Positions 15,993 through 24,409 are shown, counted from the first letter of the stretch. The stretch: 24,409 bases of DNA from a virus (IMGVR_UViG_3300033489_000054:1-24409), one strand, 5' to 3'. The notes: generated by a model not told the origin, from the sequence alone. Numbers and translations are program-made.

Positions 15993-16169
15993 TCATCTTG
16001 TTCTTAAATTATCAGCATAACAAGCAGATATAAATTCTACTATATTAAAGTTATAGTTTTCAGTCATAAAATAAGAACTTAATTTCTCTATAAGTCTTGC
16101 TTTATCTTCTTTTTCAAGCCTGGTTTCTTGTATAACTTCTGCTATACCAATATGATGTTTTCTAGTCAT
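15993..16169 (-). CDS. hypothetical protein (58 aa)
   Basis: MTRKHHIGIAEVI...ENYNFNIVEFISAC; ATGA overlap; not in the ORF track. Confidence 0.65.
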   Translation of the reverse strand: MTRKHHIGIAEVIQETRLEKEDKARLIEKLSSYFMTENYNFNIVEFISACYADNLRTR

Positions 16170-16408
16170 AGTTCGTTTCCTTTAGGTGTGAGGTTAGGTA
16201 AATTCTGATATAAGTGATATAAGGTATCCCAGTATTCCCTACCTTGAGGTTGTTCAGACCAAGTAAATAAATAAGTTATTGCTTGATCTTCGTCATAAGC
16301 ATTGTAATCTTGTATAATTCCAGCATTATATTGTTGTTGCACATAATCTGCTGCTTTAGAATCTAATCTACGTAATTTAGCTATGATTTTATCTATTGGT
16401 TTCCTCAT
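16166..16408 (-). CDS. hypothetical protein with TPKGNEL tail
   Basis: F.W...PQG.EYW motif; ATGA overlaps on both sides. Confidence 0.7.
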   Translation of the reverse strand: MRKPIDKIIAKLRRLDSKAADYVQQQYNAGIIQDYNAYDEDQAITYLFTWSEQPQGREYWDTLYHLYQNLPNLTPKGNEL

Positions 16409-17640
16409 AAGTCACTAAACCTTCCCGTTGCAGGGTTAAATTTAATTGCATACTTCCCATTCCTACCAACTAACTTATTCTTTGGTATATTAATGTATCT
16501 GATACCGTCCTCTTCACTACCAAGAGTCCTACCTAAACCAATAATAAAATCCATCTCTTTAGGTTTACCTGTCTTAGAATTATCTAGCATGTGCATCTCT
16601 AACCATTTCTTACCTGCTGCTTCTGCTGATGCTTGACCGACAGTTAAACCAATCAAACCAAACTCATCCACAAGTTGTCTGTACAAATAGTACAACTGTC
16701 CTAATCTATTTGGTCCTTCATACTTACTATCTCCTGAGAAAGATACTTTATCTCCCGAATCTATGACAATAAGTTTAGGTTTGTACTCAAAACAAATATT
16801 TCTTATTTGCTTTATATCATGAACTTGTCCAACAAATTTAATCCTATCACCACCACGCTCACTAAACTTTTTTAGTGCTACATCTTTGTATTGAACAATA
16901 CGATCAAGAGGTTCGTTTAACATAGCAGAATACAAACGTAATTTAATACGCCCAACATTCTCTTCGTTACCAAACCAAATTATATCTTGTTCACTGTTGT
17001 CATACTCTAACTGCTCTGCCATAAAAGCTAGTTCTGAGCATAACCACGAAGTTTTCCCTGAGTCTGTGCGAGCAAACATATGCCCTAAATATCCGGGGCG
17101 CAGCGCGCCAATATCATCATTAAGACAAGACAATCTCCAATGCAATCCCTCACCAGTAACATGTGATTCTAGCAAGTCTTCAAGAGGAGTATCTTCAAAA
17201 GGTGTGTCTTGATTTTCTTTTGTTACTAGCTTAAGATAAGATTGTAAATCTCCCTCTATAGAAGAGAGAACACCAAACTTATTTTCAGATAACACAGGCA
17301 GAAGTTTTTGAACAATCTTATTGCAGGTATCTTTCTCTAAAAGATTTTTTATAACCTCCCCCATTAAAGAATCTGATACATCTACTTCATAAATTTGTTT
17401 AGTTAACTCAAGAATAATCTCCTTATCTTTTAGTGTGTTATGGTGCAACAAAAAGAAATTAATATACTCATCTTGACTTATATAATTATGTGTTGGTATT
17501 GTTTCATAATACTTTTCTATAGTCTTATATATTATAACGAACTCTTTGTCAAGAATTAAGTTTGTCATAATGTGACTATACTTTATATAATTATCTTTAT
17601 CCTTCAAAAATAATTTAAGTATAAGTATTTCTGGTGTCAT
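16405..17640 (-). CDS. DnaB/SF4 replicative helicase
   Basis: Walker A ARTDSGKT, NEE, Walker B IVIDS, Q...EA, S..GK...D.IIG, KNK. Confidence 0.9.
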   Translation of the reverse strand: MTPEILILKLFLKDKDNYIKYSHIMTNLILDKEFVIIYKTIEKYYETIPTHNYISQDEYINFFLLHHNTLKDKEIILELTKQIYEVDVSDSLMGEVIKNLLEKDTCNKIVQKLLPVLSENKFGVLSSIEGDLQSYLKLVTKENQDTPFEDTPLEDLLESHVTGEGLHWRLSCLNDDIGALRPGYLGHMFARTDSGKTSWLCSELAFMAEQLEYDNSEQDIIWFGNEENVGRIKLRLYSAMLNEPLDRIVQYKDVALKKFSERGGDRIKFVGQVHDIKQIRNICFEYKPKLIVIDSGDKVSFSGDSKYEGPNRLGQLYYLYRQLVDEFGLIGLTVGQASAEAAGKKWLEMHMLDNSKTGKPKEMDFIIGLGRTLGSEEDGIRYINIPKNKLVGRNGKYAIKFNPATGRFSDL

Positions 17641-17852
17641 ATATGATTTCCTAATTTAGTTATTTTAAGTTGTCTTCGTACTTTATAAAATCCAGAGTAA
17701 TCTAAACCATCTGCTATTGTTTTACCTACAGATGAACGACACCGTATATACCCCAGACCACCCCTACTATCCGTAAATGTATCCCCCTCTTGTATAATAT
17801 CTGTATCGGTTAGATAGTAATATGCAGCATTTGTTAACAGATCGTTTATCAT
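17637..17852 (-). CDS. small protein, DDD-GD family, TKLGN tail
   Basis: YYYLTDTDIIQEGD...SVG...KVRR..KITKLGNHI. Confidence 0.7.
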   Translation of the reverse strand: MINDLLTNAAYYYLTDTDIIQEGDTFTDSRGGLGYIRCRSSVGKTIADGLDYSGFYKVRRQLKITKLGNHI

Positions 17853-18106
17853 AATTGATTCCCCAATTTAGTGCGTGTAATTAACTTCACTAGTTTAGAA
17901 CAAGGAACATGCCAACCACGTCTTTCGTCATATTTTCTTGTACTAGGTACTTCATGATGATGTATTTCCCAACCCCCATCACAACTATCATCAATAACAA
18001 CTATAACAGTATATCCTTCGTGTACTATAATAGTCCCTTGTGCTTCTAAACCATCATGATTAAACTTTACTTTTGTACCGATAGGCCATTTCTCTGGATT
18101 AGTCAT
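17849..18106 (-). CDS. small SH3/KOW-like protein, TKLGN tail
   Basis: IGTKVKF...GTII...; ends RTKLGNQL. Confidence 0.7.
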   Translation of the reverse strand: MTNPEKWPIGTKVKFNHDGLEAQGTIIVHEGYTVIVVIDDSCDGGWEIHHHEVPSTRKYDERRGWHVPCSKLVKLITRTKLGNQL

Positions 18107-18890
18107 CTTTTAAATACTCCTCTAATTGAACGTGAGTTAAAACTTTAGGGTCAAATGGGTGTTGTTTAACTATAAATCGTTTACCTGTTAACTTATTAAA
18201 TCTTATTGCTTGTTTAATTGCAGTCTCTCTTTTATCATAATCAAGATAAATTATTATATTTTCGTAATCCCTAAACTCGTTTAGGATCGTTGTTGGGAAG
18301 TATGAACCTAAAAGAGCAAGACTATTGTGTGTTCTGCCCACACGTATTGCTGAAAGAATATCCTCTACTACAACAAGATAACTAGGATGGTATAGTGGAT
18401 ACTTTATCTTAAAGAATACATTCTTAGCTCCACTTTGTCTTATGTTTAAATACTTTGGGTTATCTTTTGTATAAGGTAACTTGAGACTTCTCCCTTGCCT
18501 GTAGATTAAATCTGCGTTATCATATACAGGTAATATTAATCTGTGATATTGTTCTGAATAACAAATACCATATTTCTGTATCTCATCATCTGTTATATAA
18601 TACCTATACAACCAACTTAATCCGATTGGTGGTATCTCTGGTGTAGCATCTCGTGGAAGATAGATTTGCCCCACCGTCTGCTCGGTTGATAATTCATTCT
18701 GCCTGATGGTGTGTGTAACATTGCTAATAGTTTCTCTCGGTGTGCTACATCCAGATGAGATAAACCCTCGTCCGGCATAACAATCGTTATTATGGCAATG
18801 CCTTATATAACCACCTGACACTTTCTTAATATATAATCTACTACGTGTATCTCCACACTCAGGACAGTTAATCCTCTCTTCGCTAAACAT
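18099..18890 (-). CDS. DNA primase (zinc finger + TOPRIM)
   Basis: CPEC...HCHNNDC, RLILP, QGR, PKY, VVVED.LSA, YLDYD, DPK. Confidence 0.9.
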   Translation of the reverse strand: MFSEERINCPECGDTRSRLYIKKVSGGYIRHCHNNDCYAGRGFISSGCSTPRETISNVTHTIRQNELSTEQTVGQIYLPRDATPEIPPIGLSWLYRYYITDDEIQKYGICYSEQYHRLILPVYDNADLIYRQGRSLKLPYTKDNPKYLNIRQSGAKNVFFKIKYPLYHPSYLVVVEDILSAIRVGRTHNSLALLGSYFPTTILNEFRDYENIIIYLDYDKRETAIKQAIRFNKLTGKRFIVKQHPFDPKVLTHVQLEEYLKDD

Positions 18891-18899
18891 ATTTAGTCC

Positions 18900-19109
18900 T
18901 TAAATTGTATTCCCTAGTTTAGTTTTAGTTATTTTTCTCCTAACTTGCCAACCAGCCTCACAATATGCCTGTTGATCCCATGTTTTAGGGGTGTATCCTA
19001 CACATACAGAATTATCCTGTATACGATACCAAGATTTATTATTGGTAATAATCCACTCATCGCCAGCGTTAATAATATCATCATCTTTTAATATATAATA
19101 TGCAATCAT
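18900..19109 (-). CDS. small protein, DDD-GD family, TKLGN tail
   Basis: YYILKDDDIINAGDEW...CVG...WQVRR..TKTKLGNTI. Confidence 0.7.
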   Translation of the reverse strand: MIAYYILKDDDIINAGDEWIITNNKSWYRIQDNSVCVGYTPKTWDQQAYCEAGWQVRRKITKTKLGNTI

Positions 19110-19378
19110 AGTGTATTACCTAACTTAGTTTGGGCCTTCTGTAATTCATCTATGTGAAAATTATATACACGTTTACCCCTACATAAAGCACGTAACTTAG
19201 GGTTTGTAGTCCTTGGTAGTGTCCAATTTTCCCATCTCCACCAACACACACCATCATTATCCTCAAGCTGTAACACAGTGTATACATTAGGGTAGTCTTC
19301 ACTATTAAACAATCCAACTACGTTACCCACTACTCTACCTCGATATCTTACTAGTTCCCCTTCAAAGAAAGATTTCAT
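19106..19378 (-). CDS. small SH3/KOW-like protein, TKLGN tail
   Basis: FEGELVRY...GNVVG; ends QTKLGNTL. Confidence 0.7.
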   Translation of the reverse strand: MKSFFEGELVRYRGRVVGNVVGLFNSEDYPNVYTVLQLEDNDGVCWWRWENWTLPRTTNPKLRALCRGKRVYNFHIDELQKAQTKLGNTL

Positions 19379-19560
19379 ATATAATCACTCTCTGTTAAGT
19401 TAGTCCAATCTAAAGTGTTAGTATCTTTCTGATATTGACCAAGAGCATAGGCATCTTTATCAAATACAGTTCGTATCGACACCTGACAGGTGTCACAATA
19501 ACCCCTAATCATTTCACTACTCTTTTGTAAATCTGAATCACAAGCTACACATTTAGGCAT
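19375..19560 (-). CDS. small zinc-finger protein
   Basis: CVACD...YCDTC; SD AAGGAG. Confidence 0.65.
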   Translation of the reverse strand: MPKCVACDSDLQKSSEMIRGYCDTCQVSIRTVFDKDAYALGQYQKDTNTLDWTNLTESDYI

Positions 19561-19761
19561 TATTCTTCTCCTTCAAAAGTCTATAAATATCTTGTAATTT
19601 AGTACATATAAAGCCTAGCAAACCAATAATCACCATCACTGAAAGTATTGCTTGATCTTCATTCACTTACATATTCTCCTTTGTTGAAAGACATTCAGAA
19701 GGAATGTCTGTGGTATAGTGGATATCTTCTCTGAAGATATCTTTAGATACTTTAGATAGAC

Positions 19762-20700
19762 TTAATTGACAGATACTACCTTATCTTCTATATCCTCTTC
19801 TTCTACAATCTTTTTCTCTACTTCAAGACAACGAGCACAATCATCACAAAGTACTGCATTTTCTGTACTCTCTAAGATATAGTAATAATCTACACCCTCT
19901 TCGGTATATCTAATACCACAACAATCACAAATAACGCTTGTCTTATAACAATCTGTACATAAAGTTTTACCTCCAATAATTTTCATATCTGCATACACAT
20001 CATACTCAGTACAACAATCACATATAACCCAACGCCTATCACTTATAATAGGATCACTAAGAGATTTATGTTTATTATTATGTTCTTTGTAGTAGTTTCC
20101 TTTAAGCCAAGGACTCATATCATAATCATCTTTATGTACAATCATTGGCACATATTTTTTATATGTATTATTAGAATACCAGTTACCGTCTACAACAACC
20201 CCCTTGTCCTTATTATAAATAATAACACCTTTAGTTCTATGAAGCAAAGCAATCTTAGATGCCCCTATAAAATCCTCAATCATAAGATTAATTATTTCAT
20301 TGTCTTCCCAATCAGCGGGAAGCTGAGACAACCAATCTTCTGCAAATACTTTAGTGTCTGATCTAGTATCCTTCTTATCTATATCTATATTATACATAGT
20401 TCCATTATGAATAATAACCCTATCTTCATCCACAATAAAAGGATGGCAATTATCTAATGTTACATTTCCTTTAGATGCTATCCTAAAATGAATTAAGAAA
20501 TCAGATGTATCACCATAATCTTTAACTGCATTTCGGTACACATCTATAAACCCTTCGTAAGTTAAAGATTTATGTACAAAGAAATCTCCTTCATTAGTTA
20601 TACAAACAAAACCCGCACCGTGATCGTTGTTTAACCAGCCATTATGTAAATGCTCCTCTGAAATAGATACACCTTTTGGCTTAACGATTGCAAGACACAT
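19762..20700 (-). CDS. class II (Ntn) glutamine amidotransferase with C-terminal zinc ribbons
   Basis: Start re-placed at ATG 20700 (SD GAGGAGG), giving N-terminal Met-Cys; N.HG.G, HFR.A..G....NCHPF, HNG, SDT motifs; four C-terminal CxxC. Confidence 0.9.
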   Translation of the reverse strand: MCLAIVKPKGVSISEEHLHNGWLNNDHGAGFVCITNEGDFFVHKSLTYEGFIDVYRNAVKDYGDTSDFLIHFRIASKGNVTLDNCHPFIVDEDRVIIHNGTMYNIDIDKKDTRSDTKVFAEDWLSQLPADWEDNEIINLMIEDFIGASKIALLHRTKGVIIYNKDKGVVVDGNWYSNNTYKKYVPMIVHKDDYDMSPWLKGNYYKEHNNKHKSLSDPIISDRRWVICDCCTEYDVYADMKIIGGKTLCTDCYKTSVICDCCGIRYTEEGVDYYYILESTENAVLCDDCARCLEVEKKIVEEEDIEDKVVSVN

Positions 20701-20701
20701 A

Positions 20702-22336
20702 TTAATCCTCCTCTCCATTATCATTAGTATTTTCTGCAATGTCTACCCGCATTTCGTTGTAACAGATATGATGATAGTAGGTATTGCCGTAAAGCCAATC
20801 CTCATTTTCAGGAATGTCTTCACCACACCGAGCACATATATAATACGAATCAGGATCACATGGCGAAGAACAACAAGCCTCTTCGGTATCAACTTCAGCA
20901 TACATTGTGACTATTTCTGAATTAGTTCTAAAGGTAGCGTATTTGTCACCCCTCTTCAACATAAAATTATACAGATAAGGATAAGCAATACTGTGTTTAT
21001 ATATATAAGTTTCAAACTCCATGTAATCAAAGTGTAATTTTACATCTCGTGTGTAGTTATACAGCGCATCTACAAACTCCACATTCTTTAAAAGCATCCC
21101 TGTATTAGAAGGACTCCAGAAAAAACGTAGTTCAATAGTATTGCTTGTAAAATTAATCATTTCATAACGATCTCGGTTATAATTCTTTTTATAATTCTTT
21201 GCTACTCTTGTCGCTTTTCCATTATTGGAGTAAGCTTTACACCAGTCGCTTTGTAGTGGTCGCTCTGCTACCCACTCCATGTATTCAATATTTGTTCTAA
21301 CAAACTTACAAAACTTATATACGTGAAGGGGGGAAACAAAGGCTGTTTTGTTTATGTGTATGTGACCACCAATACCATAAGTAACTGGTTTAATTACATT
21401 ATCAAACAATTTATCCCATGAAGTATGCCTAAACATATTTAGTGTTAAAGGATGTGTAACAATTTCAGAACCGGGGTCACAAATAGTGCCATCATGCTTT
21501 GCATATATTACTTCATGCTCGTGTCCATCATTTAGTTCTAAGATTTTACCTAAAACTACATTAACATGCTTTTTTTCATAAAACACTGCCTCTATTTCTG
21601 TACCCATATAGAGTACGTTATTTAATGGCGCACTAAGTACAGTATATTTTTCTTTTTTGAAATCATAATCCATAAAATTAAATATCTTAGGTTTATAAGT
21701 ATAAGTTAACTCTGCCCCTAAGTTAATGTCTGTACCATAACAATCTGCACAACTATCTAAATGTTTATTGCCACCATGATAATCTGTAAAATCAACAACA
21801 CCAAGTCTTCTTGTTACCTTATGTTCTTGTTCACATATCTGACAATAACTATCTTTATACACACAATTATTACAGAAGTACTCTCCCTCAAAGATATGTT
21901 CTGCACATAGTCTACCACAGTTAGCACATATTTTCAAATCATCTTTGCAAGTTAAACAATATTCAAAATTAGTTTGATCGAATTGCGTAACTGATTTTAT
22001 ACCATTGCAATGTTTACATTTAAATTTGTGTATATTAATCCATGAGATACCTTCTGGGGGTGGTGGGAACTGCTCATTATATTTCCATATTGCAAAGAGG
22101 AAATATTTTAAGTTCTTTCTCGGGATTTCTACAAAGTCGTTGTCAAATTCTGTATCAGAACCTTGTAAAAACAACACATTAGGGGTGTCGTTATCCCACT
22201 CAGGGCGTAGAGAAGATTTTAATCTAATCTGTGTGCCTCCTACATCAAGTGTAAAATCAATAAGTGTAGTATTTTTAATCTTTATTTTAATAATATCTCT
22301 ACTACTCTGTGCATCGAAAATAAGTTTAATTGACAT
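20702..22336 (-). CDS. amidoligase (COOH-NH2 ligase, glutamine-synthetase-like fold) with zinc ribbons
   Basis: GTEIE, KHDGT, EIVTHP, GGHIHI, RY..IN, TIELR motifs; multiple N-terminal CxxC; adjacent to a class II GATase. Confidence 0.85.
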   Translation of the reverse strand: MSIKLIFDAQSSRDIIKIKIKNTTLIDFTLDVGGTQIRLKSSLRPEWDNDTPNVLFLQGSDTEFDNDFVEIPRKNLKYFLFAIWKYNEQFPPPPEGISWINIHKFKCKHCNGIKSVTQFDQTNFEYCLTCKDDLKICANCGRLCAEHIFEGEYFCNNCVYKDSYCQICEQEHKVTRRLGVVDFTDYHGGNKHLDSCADCYGTDINLGAELTYTYKPKIFNFMDYDFKKEKYTVLSAPLNNVLYMGTEIEAVFYEKKHVNVVLGKILELNDGHEHEVIYAKHDGTICDPGSEIVTHPLTLNMFRHTSWDKLFDNVIKPVTYGIGGHIHINKTAFVSPLHVYKFCKFVRTNIEYMEWVAERPLQSDWCKAYSNNGKATRVAKNYKKNYNRDRYEMINFTSNTIELRFFWSPSNTGMLLKNVEFVDALYNYTRDVKLHFDYMEFETYIYKHSIAYPYLYNFMLKRGDKYATFRTNSEIVTMYAEVDTEEACCSSPCDPDSYYICARCGEDIPENEDWLYGNTYYHHICYNEMRVDIAENTNDNGEED

Positions 22337-22493
22337 AGGTATACCCCACAATTATATTTAACTCCTTAACAATTTTCCACGTATCGTTAGCACCATTTTG
22401 CATAACATACTTAAGAGCATCTTCTGCGGTAGGAAATTCTTGTAAACTCCACTGTCCATAAGAACAATAAACTAACAAATATACTTTTTCCAT
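22326..22493 (-). CDS. hypothetical protein (55 aa)
   Basis: SD AGGGAGG; MEKVYLLVYC...FPTAEDALKY. Confidence 0.6.
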   Translation of the reverse strand: MEKVYLLVYCSYGQWSLQEFPTAEDALKYVMQNGANDTWKIVKELNIIVGYTYVN

Positions 22494-22554
22494 TAATTTT
22501 AATCCTCCCTAAGTTAGCAATAACTTCGTTTTACATATATTCAGTATGATTATT

Positions 22555-22815
22555 TTAAATAGTGTTTCCTTTAGGGGTTGTGCAAGAAAGTAATGCACCT
22601 TCGGGCCAACTCCAACCACATATAGTTACTGTTAATTTATATGCGTCCCTGTTCACAATACTTACACAATCCACAGTTTGAGTCGTACCTAACAATTCTT
22701 TCATTTCGGAAGTTAAAGAATATGGCATATATCTACTTGGATATGTTTTCCATAATTCTTTTTCTGTTTTTATTCTTACTCTCGCACCTTCTTTAATAAA
22801 ATCATAATCAGTCAT
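22555..22815 (-). CDS. small SH3/KOW-like protein with TPKGNTI tail
   Basis: KEGARVRIK...EM..LLG...WSW; SD AGAGGA. Confidence 0.7.
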   Translation of the reverse strand: MTDYDFIKEGARVRIKTEKELWKTYPSRYMPYSLTSEMKELLGTTQTVDCVSIVNRDAYKLTVTICGWSWPEGALLSCTTPKGNTI

Positions 22816-22850
22816 AGCTTATATCCTCTTAAAGTATCCATTATACTGTC

Positions 22851-23078
22851 TTATAATAAGACTTCAATAGGCTGTATCTCTATCCAATCAGGTAGAATAA
22901 TCTTCGCTCCTATCTTTCTCCTGTCTGGATTAATAGAATAACCGTAACAACTAATTGTTGCTGCACCTTTAGTTCTAAATAATTGTGCTTTACTTTTATT
23001 CTCTGTCCACTCTGTACCGCGTCTTGCCTTTTGTTTGTACTTATTATTTCTTGTGTCTTTAACTATACAATATCGCAT
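22851..23078 (-). CDS. hypothetical protein
   Basis: WT.N..KAQLF motif; SD AGGGGG. Confidence 0.65.
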   Translation of the reverse strand: MRYCIVKDTRNNKYKQKARRGTEWTENKSKAQLFRTKGAATISCYGYSINPDRRKIGAKIILPDWIEIQPIEVLL

Positions 23079-23334
23079 AATAAGACCCCCTAAATTAGTT
23101 TAGTTAGATAGTATTCTAGGATAACAAGATTCCACGCCAGAAGATTGAAATTCACCATGACACTCTGGAATTTTAATCTCTTCATCACATTCACAGTTTA
23201 AATATTCTTCTGGCATAACTAAATAGGTTATCGTCCAAGAGTCAGGTTTAAAATGCCTGGATTGATATGCTTGTATTCCAAATATCCCCCCTCTTTTTAT
23301 AGCAATATGCTATCAAAGTACTTTATAGTTTGTT

Positions 23335-24261
23335 TCACAAACTATCCGAAATACTTTGAGTCAAAACAGAGTCAAAGTATTTAGCAAACTTCTTTATAGG
23401 TAAAGCGGTCAGTTCAGGATCAGTATTAGATTCAAATAAGTTTATCGTACTTTCACACTCACAACCACAATTCAACCCAACATCAATACCAGAGTAATTT
23501 AAACCTAAGACTTTGGTAGCTTTAATACACTCTTCTTTAATTCTCTCTATATCTTTTTTAAATGTTTCCAAACGATACCCTTCAGTATAAATTGGTAAAG
23601 AGGGGAGTTTATCTTCGTTCCAATTAACATCATCCAACCAATGCCACTCTTGGTTTGAAGAGAGTAATTGATCGCCATTGCCTTTCCAGAAGATTGTTGC
23701 CACCTTATCTCCTGTCACATAAACCCTGAACTCGCAGGTCTTTTGTACTATCTTCTGAAAATACCAGTTCTCAGAAACATTATCTCTATTAAGATTTGTT
23801 GCAGTAAATGTCAATAACTCCCCTATATTATTAATAACATGAAATTCTAATTGCCTCGCGTGTTTATGTGGGCGAGCAATGAAAGGAAATGTTACCATAT
23901 CTGAAAGAACATTACTTGAGAAAGGAGTCTTGATATTATTCTCTTGCCATACCTTTCTTGTAGCCCATTTGTTACTACCTATAGCGCATGAAGAAGGTTT
24001 GTTTAAAATTATATTACCTTGATCTAACAGAATATGACAACCCCAATTAATAATTCTGTTATCGTAATTAGATAGCATAGCAAATACTTCATCTTTTGTT
24101 AGTGCTTCGGGTCTGCCAATAGATTCCTTCTCCCATTTAAACCAACTACCTGTTCGTTTGCTTTTATACACAAGCAGGTTATCAACTTCCATCTGTTGTG
24201 ATACACTTCGTAAGATTTCTTTGTTACTCCCCATGAATAAGAATAAGATTATGTTTTTCAT
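23335..24261 (-). CDS. ATP-grasp ligase (RimK/phiEco32-like)
   Basis: IINWG, ILNKP, NK, FPFIARP..H, YFQK, EFRVYV, LGLNYSGID, ExN (FESNTDP). Confidence 0.85.
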   Translation of the reverse strand: MKNIILFLFMGSNKEILRSVSQQMEVDNLLVYKSKRTGSWFKWEKESIGRPEALTKDEVFAMLSNYDNRIINWGCHILLDQGNIILNKPSSCAIGSNKWATRKVWQENNIKTPFSSNVLSDMVTFPFIARPHKHARQLEFHVINNIGELLTFTATNLNRDNVSENWYFQKIVQKTCEFRVYVTGDKVATIFWKGNGDQLLSSNQEWHWLDDVNWNEDKLPSLPIYTEGYRLETFKKDIERIKEECIKATKVLGLNYSGIDVGLNCGCECESTINLFESNTDPELTALPIKKFAKYFDSVLTQSISDSL

Positions 24262-24409
24262 ATAAATATGACCCCCACATCAAAAAATTCTGCTTTAAAA
24301 TTTGCTTCATCCCAACATATTTGTTTTTCTCCATAAAAATATGGGGGGTTATTTTCGCCACAAGAAACAGAATATACACACACTTGTCTTGAAAAGAAAA
24401 ATAGATATT

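Noticed and set aside
2345-22361. + strand ORFs in the track within the - strand block (e.g. 2345, 2577, 3790, 4960, 10272, 13336, 16997, 20068, 22005)
   Set aside because: They are antisense shadows of motif-supported - strand genes, with no recognisable motifs.
1-24409. Stop-codon reassignment (alternative genetic code)
   Set aside because: Long conserved genes are intact in code 11, and TAA, TAG and TGA all end genes at sensible positions.

Overview
AT-rich segment of a lytic dsDNA phage genome; a Gram-negative host is implied by the spanins. The gene content resembles phiEco32/PaP3-type podoviruses (inference). On the + strand (1-1685) is the end of the lysis cassette (endolysin tail, holin, i-/o-spanin) and an HExxH protein. 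It meets the - strand early/middle region at a hairpin terminator (~1689-1709). In transcription order the - strand carries: ATP-grasp ligase, amidoligase, class II glutamine amidotransferase, primase, DnaB-like helicase, a family A DNA polymerase split into two genes ~3 kb apart (9 ORFs and a structured non-coding region between them), a probable SSB, deaminase, PD-(D/E)XK exonuclease, FliA-like sigma factor, endonuclease I, phosphoesterases, HNH endonucleases and many Cys-rich micro-ORFs. The main unexplained signals are: (1) eight small proteins of several unrelated sequence types ending in the same peptide T-[KP]-[LK]-G-N-x-[IL], in a genome region that also encodes three peptide/amide-ligase-pathway enzymes; (2) apparent AUA/AUC start codons behind strong Shine-Dalgarno (SD) sites, including on the catalytic polymerase half and the sigma factor; (3) two multibranch RNA-like leaders; (4) a CxxC insertion in the dimer bridge of endonuclease I. 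All product calls come from motif recognition by eye; no database search was run.
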